Below are positions 34,660 through 41,404 of a stretch of DNA of 64,000 nucleotides, one piece after another; position 1 is the first letter of the stretch; every line of letters begins with the position of its first letter. Below the pieces are notes generated by a model, which had not been told where the DNA came from, searched no databases, and worked only from the letters and a program-made list of their open reading frames with translations. Both the position numbers and the translations under genes were made by a program. The DNA is taken from positions 428,855 through 492,854 of the forward strand of contig CAVQIZ010000003.1 in the NCBI GenBank assembly GCA_963712735.1. The letters run 5' to 3'. This stretch comes from an uncultured Chloroflexia bacterium (lineage in GTDB: Bacteria; Chloroflexota; Limnocylindria; Limnocylindrales; CSP1-4).

Positions 34660-34727
34660 CCCGATAGGCCGCCTCGGCTGCCTGCGCCATGGCGGCGGCG
34701 ACCAGACATGACCCGCTGTACATGGCG
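34660..34727 (-). repeat. R-element partial copy (distal half) between convergent genes
   Basis: CCCGATAGGCCGCCTCGGCTGCCTGCGCCATGGCGGCGGCGACCAGACATGACCCGCTGTACATGGCG. Confidence 0.6.
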
Positions 34728-34785
34728 ATCCCGGCCTGTCCTACTCAGCCGCTACTCCGGTGAGCGCCGGAGCGCCTTCGCGTGC

Positions 34786-35163
34786 TCAAGACCACCGGAT
34801 CGCGACCACGCATGCGACGAGTGGACCGACCAGCAGATATGTGGAGAAGTACAGCCCTGACGCCACGCCTGCACCGAGGTGGTGGTGGGCGTGGAACTCG
34901 AGAAGCCCGAAGAACAGGGCCATGGTGGCGACCCAGCCCAGGAACGTGCCCACCGCCAGCACGATCGGCAGGGCCAACAAGTCCCACTCCGCAAGGGCGA
35001 CGATGACTCCGGCGATGGCGGCAACCACGCCAGCCGGGAACCATCCGATGAACAACACGGCCTGCGTCGAACCGCCGTCGTCGAGGACGGTGAAGCATGC
35101 GCGACAGAGCCGTTCGCCGTACTCCACTCGTGCGCCGCAATTCAGGCAGTGCGCTGAACGCAT
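34786..35163 (-). CDS. Zn-ribbon membrane protein, paralog of 28412..28789
   Basis: MRSAHCLNCGARVEYGERLCRACF plus hydrophobic helices. The 5' leader is also conserved at nucleotide level with the paralog. Confidence 0.7.
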   Translation of the reverse strand: MRSAHCLNCGARVEYGERLCRACFTVLDDGGSTQAVLFIGWFPAGVVAAIAGVIVALAEWDLLALPIVLAVGTFLGWVATMALFFGLLEFHAHHHLGAGVASGLYFSTYLLVGPLVACVVAIRWS

Positions 35164-35194
35164 GATGAGCTTCTCGGTATCTCGTGCCGGGACC

Positions 35195-35284
35195 ACGGTC
35201 CCGCGCACCGGTCAGCGGGTCAAGGGCCGGACGGCCCAGCGGCCACGGCGATGACGACCAGACCAAACCCTCTATACATGGTGG
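35195..35284 (-). repeat. R-element full copy with TTGACC-N17-GACCGT
   Basis: GTCAGCGGGTCAAGGGCCGGACGGCCCAGCGGCCACGGCGATGACGACCAGACCAAACCCTCTATACATGGTGG. Confidence 0.8.
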
Positions 35285-35316
35285 TTCTGGAGTGGCCTCC
35301 AGTGGCTCGCGCCCGG

Positions 35317-36000
35317 CTACTCCTCGGCGGGCAGGAACTCGATGGACTCGGCGATGGCGAGCCAGCGGTCGGCGTGGCGCGTCGCGTCCATGCAGGTCAG
35401 CGAGTAGCCGCGGCCATCGTGCAACAGGAGGTAGACGGTCCTCGCGAGTTCGCCACCCCCGGGGTAGGGCGTCGCATACTCGACCATGCCTGCCCGCCCG
35501 GACGGCAGGTCGACGAAGACGGGCACGGGGTCGGCGGTCGAGTCCACCATGGTCCGCATCGTCAGCAGCTGGGCCGCCACCATGAGGTCGAGTGACGCCG
35601 TGGCTATCGGTTCGACGGCCATGTTGCAGTTCTCGCCGGCGGTCGGCCCATCGAGCGGTGCGAGTGCGATGAGGGGCAGCTCGACGAGCGGATACGCCGC
35701 CGCCAGGTCCGGCGCCACGCTCTCGACGCTGAAGGAGGCCATCGTCGGCGCCAGCGCCGCGGTCAGTTCATCGAAGGACTCCATCGCCGCGCCGAGGCCC
35801 GGGTCCAGGAGGTCGAAGGCGTACCAGCCCTCGGGCACGGTGAGCGCGAAGCCCGCTGAGGGGACCTCGATACGGCCCCCGAGGACGACCGGCCCCGCGT
35901 GCGTTCCGACCTCGGGTGTCGGCGATTGCGCCGTGACAGCGGAGCCACCACCGATGCCCATCAGGCTCAGGACCAGGAACACCACCGTCAGTCGCCGCAT
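35317..36000 (-). CDS. Fam-1 secreted protein (single module)
   Basis: MRRLTVVFLVLSLMGIGGGSAVTA; GGRIEVPSAGFALTVPEGWYAFDLLDPG; C-terminal HADRWLAIAESIEFLPAEE. Confidence 0.8.
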   Translation of the reverse strand: MRRLTVVFLVLSLMGIGGGSAVTAQSPTPEVGTHAGPVVLGGRIEVPSAGFALTVPEGWYAFDLLDPGLGAAMESFDELTAALAPTMASFSVESVAPDLAAAYPLVELPLIALAPLDGPTAGENCNMAVEPIATASLDLMVAAQLLTMRTMVDSTADPVPVFVDLPSGRAGMVEYATPYPGGGELARTVYLLLHDGRGYSLTCMDATRHADRWLAIAESIEFLPAEE

Positions 36001-36029
36001 CCATCCATCCCCACTTGCGATCGCCCCAC

Positions 36030-36126
36030 ATCCTCCGCGCCCGGGCCAGCGGGTCAAGGGCCGGACGGCCCGGCAGTGTGCTGCGCCATGGCGGCGACGA
36101 CCAGACATAACCCGCTATCCATGGCG
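36030..36126 (-). repeat. R-element full copy with TTGACC-N16-GAGGAT
   Basis: CCAGCGGGTCAAGGGCCGGACGGCCCGGCAGTGTGCTGCGCCATGGCGGCGACGACCAGACATAACCCGCTATCCATGGCG. Confidence 0.85.
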
Positions 36127-36302
36127 ATGTCGGCGGCAGGCCTCGCTGAGCCTTGCGGCTTCGCGAGTCTGAGACGACGAGGACCCGGCGGCTGCGTGCA
36201 GCCGGGGCCACAGGCGAGGTCCGTGCTGAGGTGCGCTAGATCCCATAGGGCTTTGTCAAGTCCGTGACCTAGCCGCCACCCTCGCCGGGCGTTGACGAAG
36301 GG

Positions 36303-36331
36303 TGAATAATTCGGGTGTCCCGGTTCGTCTA
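36303..36331 (+). promoter_or_regulatory. ECF-type promoter candidate TGAATA-N17-CGTCTA (possible autoregulation; near-leaderless)
   Basis: TGAATA at 36303-36308 and CGTCTA at 36326-36331, 9 nt before the ATG at 36341. Resembles the TGAAAC-N16/17-CGTxTA class of ECF promoters. Weak, motif-only call. Confidence 0.3.
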
Positions 36332-36340
36332 GTAGTCGTG

Positions 36341-36931
36341 ATGGGGGTCATCGACGTGCTGGATCACCAGCACCGACGGTCGGTCAGCGAGGCAGTGCCG
36401 AGCGCTGTCGTGGACGAGCACGCCCGCCTCGAGCGCGAGCTGGCCTTCCACCGCTTGGTGGACAGGCACCTCGATCGCAGCTACCGCCTGGCGACAGTCG
36501 TGCTGGACAGCACCAGCGAGGCCCAGGACGCTGTCCACGATGCCTTCCTGACCGCATGGCGCAAGTACGACATGCTGCGCGATCCCGACCGCCTCGAAGC
36601 TTGGTTCGACCGCATCGTCGTCAACACCTGCCGTGACCGGATGCGGCGCAATCACCGACTCCAGGTCCGAGACATCTCGGCGGTGCCGGACATCGCAGGC
36701 AGTGATCCGACCGCGGCCGTGTCGGCTGAGGTCGTCATGGAACGCGCCCTCGAGCGGCTCCGGCCCGATGACCGCATCGTGCTCGCGCTGCGCTTCTACC
36801 GCGACATGAAGGTCGACGACATCGCCGCCGCCATGGATATCCGACCGCGTGCTGCGGCCTCGCGCCTCCACCGGGCGCTGGAGCGGCTGCGGCGCATCCT
36901 CGAACAAGACCAGGAGGAGGTCGCCCCATGA
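36341..36931 (+). CDS. ECF (sigma-70 family group 4) RNA polymerase sigma factor
   Basis: Region 2: AQDAVHDAFLTAWRKYDMLRDPDRLEAWFDRIVVNTCRDRMRR. Region 4: LRPDDRIVLALRFYRDMKVDDIAAAMDIRPRAAASRLHRALERLR. Confidence 0.85.
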   Translation: MGVIDVLDHQHRRSVSEAVPSAVVDEHARLERELAFHRLVDRHLDRSYRLATVVLDSTSEAQDAVHDAFLTAWRKYDMLRDPDRLEAWFDRIVVNTCRDRMRRNHRLQVRDISAVPDIAGSDPTAAVSAEVVMERALERLRPDDRIVLALRFYRDMKVDDIAAAMDIRPRAAASRLHRALERLRRILEQDQEEVAP

Positions 36932-37719
36932 TCGAGCGCGACCTCGAGAGCCGGCTTCGGAGCACCTATCGCTCCAGGGCTGGACGAGCAGACCCGGGTG
37001 CGCTCAGCGAGCGCGTGCATTCCATCCCCGCCACGGTCGAGCCGGAGCGCCGGCGCTGGTGGCACGGTTTCGGGTTCGGCGCCTCGCACAGCGCCGGGTC
37101 CGGCGGGGTCGAGGTGAAAGGAGCGAGCAACATGCTTACAGCGACACGTATCGCCGCGATCGTTGCGGTGCTAGCTCTGGGCGCCACGTTCCTGGCTGTT
37201 CAGGTCGGGGTTCCACCCGACACAGCGCAACAGCCCGCGGCGCCGACCGGCGAGACCAGCGCGGCCGTTTCGCACAAGGCGACAGGCTTCACTGGGACGA
37301 GCACGTGGGGCGTGCAGTACGAGGAAGGCCGGGAGTTGGCGGTCGAGGGCAAGGTGTCGCTGCTGGGTGCAGCCTGGCAGATGACCCTCAGCGACATGAG
37401 CGACCCGCGGATGAACGGAACGCTCCGGATCGCCTACAACGAGGACTTCCACGGCGTGCAGGGCCGAGTCTCGTCGTTCTCGACTCGGATCGACAATGAA
37501 CTGGGGTCGTGGCTTGGCACGGGCGACGAGTACTTCGGTACGACCGACATGGATCTGCTCTTCGGCCAAGCGCTTTATCGTGGCACCGGCGCATACGAGG
37601 GCCTCTCGGCCATGGTGTTCATGCAAGGACGAGGCGCCGACGGACTCGGCTACTACGGGATCGTCTTCCCCGGCGAGATGCCCGAGGTGCCGGAGATGCC
37701 GGAACCGCCCGCCGAATAG
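36928..37719 (+). CDS. Anti-sigma-like single-pass membrane protein with an extracytoplasmic Fam-2 domain
   Basis: ATGA overlap with the sigma gene. Cytoplasmic N-terminus, TM RIAAIVAVLALGATFLAV, then MSDPRMNGT, GTGAYEGLSAM, YYGIVFPGEMPEVP. Confidence 0.7.
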   Translation: MIERDLESRLRSTYRSRAGRADPGALSERVHSIPATVEPERRRWWHGFGFGASHSAGSGGVEVKGASNMLTATRIAAIVAVLALGATFLAVQVGVPPDTAQQPAAPTGETSAAVSHKATGFTGTSTWGVQYEEGRELAVEGKVSLLGAAWQMTLSDMSDPRMNGTLRIAYNEDFHGVQGRVSSFSTRIDNELGSWLGTGDEYFGTTDMDLLFGQALYRGTGAYEGLSAMVFMQGRGADGLGYYGIVFPGEMPEVPEMPEPPAE

Positions 37720-37735
37720 TCGCAACAGCCCCCGC

Positions 37736-37768
37736 GGCTGGCTGCCGCGTGCCACGGGGCAGCCAGCC
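37736..37768 (+). terminator. Perfect 11-bp GC hairpin after the anti-sigma gene
   Basis: GGCTGGCTGCC-11 nt-GGCAGCCAGCC, 17 nt after the TAG at 37717-37719. No U-tract follows. Confidence 0.45.
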
Positions 37769-37818
37769 GCCCCTCGGTCAACGGGTCAACGGCGCACCGG
37801 AGCCCGGGCCACCCGTCC

Positions 37819-38008
37819 CCGCTCGTGCTCGCGGCCCTCGGGCCGCGCATGGTCGAGCTGGCGGCCGAGCGTGCACACACCTACTTCGTCCCCGTGGACG
37901 CACTGAGCGTTCGTGCGCGCGCATCTCGGACCTGAGCCGTTCCTCGGCGTCGAGCAGACCGCTGTGCTCAAGAGCGACCGGATCGAGGGGCGGCATATCG
38001 CAGGCTAG
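37819..38008 (+). pseudogene. Remnant of an LLM-class F420-dependent oxidoreductase (internal fragment, frameshifted)
   Basis: PLVLAALGPRMVELAAERAHTYFVPVD, then in another frame AHLGPEPFLGVEQTAVLKSD. Both are typical of the middle of this enzyme family. There is no N-terminal half and no start codon. Confidence 0.4.
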
Positions 38009-38343
38009 ACGACCGGCTCCGCGACGACCTCGATATGGCTCGCCAGCTTGCGGTTGACGATGACCGTCCCGGCATCATGGTGGCGGCGCTGGACGCCCGT
38101 GCCGTACTCGAGCCAGGCCTCGGTCAGCGGGATCATCGGGCCCCCGTCGCGAAACCGGTCTTCGGGGGCCGCGCTGGGCACGGTGTGGACGTAACCACCG
38201 ATGCGGTACTCGCCCGACTCGACGACGACCGGATGGCGGCGAGTCGCCAGGCGGCGGTTCGGGTCTCCGCGCGGACCACTGGCGATGACGGCGAGGATCT
38301 CGGAGCGGCGGACGAGCGTCTCGTCGGCCGACCAGGTGATCAT
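38005..38343 (-). CDS. Hypothetical protein
   Basis: MITWSADETLVRRSEILAVIASG...YRIGGYVHTVPSA...MIPLTEAWLEYG. Protein-like composition, no family recognised, weak RBS. Confidence 0.4.
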   Translation of the reverse strand: MITWSADETLVRRSEILAVIASGPRGDPNRRLATRRHPVVVESGEYRIGGYVHTVPSAAPEDRFRDGGPMIPLTEAWLEYGTGVQRRHHDAGTVIVNRKLASHIEVVAEPVV

Positions 38344-39090
38344 CCTCGGCAAGCCACCTCGCTGGTATCGTCCGGCGCGGCGGGTCCTGCCCGCTGTGAC
38401 CCAAGGGGCGGCCGTTGACGAGAGGGCACGAAGCTCTCTGACCTCGCATCTGGTGGTGCACCTCAAGGGCTGCACGTCAGACCCCCCTCAGGTCATACCG
38501 GCACTCATGAGGCGGTGGCCGCCGCTGAACGGTGAGTCTCAGGGCCTGGACGAGCGCGCGGGACGCGCAGTAGCTGGACCGCGCCATGACCGGCTCGTCT
38601 GCACATGTCCCGCGCACGGATGACTACCGTTCAGGTGGGGCCGTGGAGCACCTTCTATCGCTTCTTCTTGTCCCCCGGCTTCGGGCCGCCCTTGGGCTTC
38701 TTGCTGCCACTCTTGCTACCTGGTCCCTTGTCGCCCACGAGACACCTCCGTATCGGTCAAGGCGTTGTCGAGCCCATTCTGACGCCGTGTGTCGTGTCGG
38801 TGCCAGTCCGTGCAACAGGTCTTCGCAGACCCGCACGACGCGTCGCGATCTTCGCGAGCAGGACCAGCGTGCAGTTGACCTTCGGCCCAACGATCTTGAG
38901 GCGAAGGAAGCGATCGGTATCGCGTCACAGTGCGCGACGACGGGGCGGCCGTGGGGCTGTGGCAGCGGGGTGACCGCTAGTCGTGGCATCGACGCACCCG
39001 TCGACGCGACGGGTGCACGGAAATCCGACTCTTCGCAAGGTCGGGCAGGAGTGGTCCACGCAGTCACCCTCACCACATGATGCCGAATGC

Positions 39091-39864
39091 TCAGAGTGCG
39101 TCGGCGAAGTCATGGACACGGCTGGCCGTGTCTGGGCCGGTGAGGGGGTCGCCGTGCCCGCTGGCGAGGACGCGCGGCTCGAGGCTCGCGATCGTCCTGA
39201 TCGAAGCACGGGCTGCCACGGGATCCGCAGTCGTGTACCAGGGCGGACCGCACAGGCCCTGACGCCCCCGCACCATCCCCGCGAGCGTGTTGACCTGGAG
39301 GGTGACGAGGGCATCACCGGTGATGAGCACACCGTCGTCGGCTCGATAGAACGAGACATGACCGGGCGTGTGCCCGGGTGTATGCACCCATCGCCAGCCG
39401 GGCAGCCACGGGATCCCGCCATCGGGCCCGAGCACCTCGAGGACGGGCGTCAGGCTGTTCCGTTCGAGGATGGCGTCGCGTCGTCGTGGGCCAAGGGCGC
39501 TGATGGCTGGCAGGATGATGTAGCGGTCGAGCGGCCCGGCGTGCCGCCACATCGCAGCGAAGCTACCGCGGGCGATGGCCAGCTCGGCGGGATGGACGAG
39601 CACCTGGCATGCCCAGCGTACGGCGAGCGCGCGCGCGGCCCCCGCATGGTCCGGATGGTCGTGGGTGAGGATGATCGCGGCTGGAGCGGCGTCATGACCG
39701 ACGAGGTCGGCTGCGGCCTCCTGGATGCGGGACAAGTCGCTCTCCCAACCGGCATCGACCAGCACCCACCACTCGCTCGACCGTACGAAGTAGACGTTGG
39801 TCTGCGTGCGACCGTACGGACCCAGACAGTAGACGTCCGGTGCGATCTCGCGGGCCCGATCCAT
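39091..39864 (-). CDS. MBL-fold metallo-hydrolase
   Basis: ILTHDHPDHAG (HxHxDH motif), HTPGHTPGH, GDAL. GGAGG RBS before the internal ATG at 39864. The upstream part of the 429-aa ORF is Arg-rich and looks non-coding. Confidence 0.8.
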   Translation of the reverse strand: MDRAREIAPDVYCLGPYGRTQTNVYFVRSSEWWVLVDAGWESDLSRIQEAAADLVGHDAAPAAIILTHDHPDHAGAARALAVRWACQVLVHPAELAIARGSFAAMWRHAGPLDRYIILPAISALGPRRRDAILERNSLTPVLEVLGPDGGIPWLPGWRWVHTPGHTPGHVSFYRADDGVLITGDALVTLQVNTLAGMVRGRQGLCGPPWYTTADPVAARASIRTIASLEPRVLASGHGDPLTGPDTASRVHDFADAL

Positions 39865-40085
39865 CGCTCGCCTCCGTTGCCTGAGCGACGCCGCAGGCAT
39901 GAGTGGACGCCGCGATGGGACCACGATAGTCATCGAGGGTCGCGCGCGATGGCTTGCCGTGCTTGGGCTGCCCCGGCGGCCGACCGAGGGAACCATCGGC
40001 GCATGGTGTTGGAGCCGGCGCGACCCGTTGACGGTCTTCGTTCTGTCCGGGGCAGCGGACCGATATCGGGGTGCGTCGCCCAGAA

Positions 40086-40256
40086 CTATTCGTCGGTCGA
40101 CCCGGCTCGGGCTTCGCTGATCTCGATCAGATGACCGTCGGGGTCGCGGAAGAACGCGCGCACCTCCCAATCGGAGGCGACCGGCGGCGTCAGGAAGCGA
40201 GCGCCTCGCGCGCGCAGTGCCTCCTTGACCCCGATCGGACCGTTCTCGGCTAGGAC
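40086..40256 (-). pseudogene. C-terminal remnant of a VOC/glyoxalase-family gene
   Basis: Minus-strand translation ...AENGPIGVKEALRARGARFLTPPVASDWEVRAFFRDPDGHLIEISEARAG* has the typical VOC C-terminus (FxDPDGxxIE). No start codon, and the upstream half is missing because it abuts the hisA stop. Confidence 0.4.
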
Positions 40257-40978
40257 GTCCTGGCGGCCTGCAGCGCCTCCGGCAGCGTGAACGCCCCCTC
40301 GTAGAGCGCCTTGCCAGTGATAGCCGCCTCGAAGTGGCGAGCCGCCAGCTCGCGGATGTCGGCAAGGCTGGACACACCACCCGAGGCGATGATGGCTGCC
40401 CCCGGCACCGCCACCCGCACTGACTCCAGCAACTCGTAGTCAGGCCCGCTCATCTGGCCGTCGCGGGCGATGGCCGTGACCGCGAACCAGCGCACACCGG
40501 CTGCCGCAAGCGTCTGTGCCAGCGCGATGACCTCGGCTCCGCGAGCATCCGCCACCCAGCCGTCTCCAAGCGCCCGGCCATCGCGCACGTCGAGCGCCGC
40601 CACGATGCGGTCGGGACCGTAGCGCTCGACCAGGATCCTCGCCAGCAGGGGGCTGCTGATGAGCGCGCTCCCGAGCACCACCCGGGTGGCGCCCGCAGCC
40701 AGGGCGCCCGCCACGCCGTCGGCGTCTCGGATCCCGCCCGCCACCTGGCAGGGCACGTCCACAGCCCCCACGATGGCGGCGATGACATCAGCTTGCATCG
40801 CCCTCCCCTCGCGCGCTGCGTCCAGATCGACGATGTGGATGCGCTCGGCGCCGTCTGCCTGGAACCCACGCGCGACCGCCACGGGATCATCGCCGTACTC
40901 GGTGACCGCGTCATAGGCACCCTTGGAGAGCCGTACCACACGCCCCCCGAGCAGGTCGATGGCCGGGATCAGCTCCAT
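40250..40978 (-). CDS. hisA: ProFAR isomerase HisA
   Basis: MELIPAIDLLGGRVVRL...HIVDLDAA...QVAGGIR...IASGGVSSLADI: a full-length HisA pattern. Confidence 0.9.
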   Translation of the reverse strand: MELIPAIDLLGGRVVRLSKGAYDAVTEYGDDPVAVARGFQADGAERIHIVDLDAAREGRAMQADVIAAIVGAVDVPCQVAGGIRDADGVAGALAAGATRVVLGSALISSPLLARILVERYGPDRIVAALDVRDGRALGDGWVADARGAEVIALAQTLAAAGVRWFAVTAIARDGQMSGPDYELLESVRVAVPGAAIIASGGVSSLADIRELAARHFEAAITGKALYEGAFTLPEALQAARTS

Positions 40979-41065
40979 CGCGGACCGCCGCGCCAGCTGT
41001 GATAGCGTTCTACCATGCTACTATGCTACCATAACGACACGGACCAGCACGCCCAGCAGGAGACC

Positions 41066-41404
41066 ATGAGCACCGACCCCACCGAGTGGCGCTCGGAAGA
41101 CACGAGCGACCTCCTAGACACCATCCTGGCCCTTCCCGACCGGGAGGCGGCCGAGCGCTTCTTCCGCGACCTCTGCACCCTGCGCGAGCTGCACGACCTT
41201 GCGCAGCGGTGGCACGTGGTCCGGCTGCTGGACGACGGCATCCCCTACGCCGAGATCTCGCGCACGACCGGGGCCAGCACCGCCACCGTCACGCGCATCG
41301 CACAGTGGCTCAACCACGGCACCGGCGGCTACCGTGAGGCACTCGACCGCGCAGGAGCCGGCACCGCCGGCGTGGCGGGCCCGGACAAGGCAGGCGACCG
41401 ATGA
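41066..41404 (+). CDS. yerC: YerC/YecD-type TrpR-like DNA-binding protein, first gene of the his operon
   Basis: ...FFRDLCTLRELHDLAQRWHVVRLLDDGIPYAEISRTTGASTATVTRIAQWL is the YerC/YecD signature. Its stop overlaps the hisG ATG (ATGA). Confidence 0.8.
   Translation: MSTDPTEWRSEDTSDLLDTILALPDREAAERFFRDLCTLRELHDLAQRWHVVRLLDDGIPYAEISRTTGASTATVTRIAQWLNHGTGGYREALDRAGAGTAGVAGPDKAGDR

Noticed and set aside
8772-36126. CRISPR array, as an explanation for the regularly recurring ~80-nt repeats.
   Set aside because: The units are separated by 0.2-2 kb of coding sequence, not by 25-50-nt spacers. The repeats are imperfect and longer than CRISPR repeats, and there are no cas genes.
37775-37810. Possible extra R-element promoter end (GGTCAACGGGTCAACGGCGCACCGG).
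   Set aside because: Only the TTGACC words are present, with no palindrome, no distal half and no -10. It would fire antisense into the anti-sigma gene.
38480-39090. ORFs 38586..39080 (+), 38605..38973 (+) and 38624..39076 (-) in the gap before the MBL gene.
   Set aside because: They are mutually overlapping, Arg-rich, and have no motifs or RBS. The region is more likely non-coding or decayed. Only the 27-codon Lys-rich ORF stood out, and it is reported separately.
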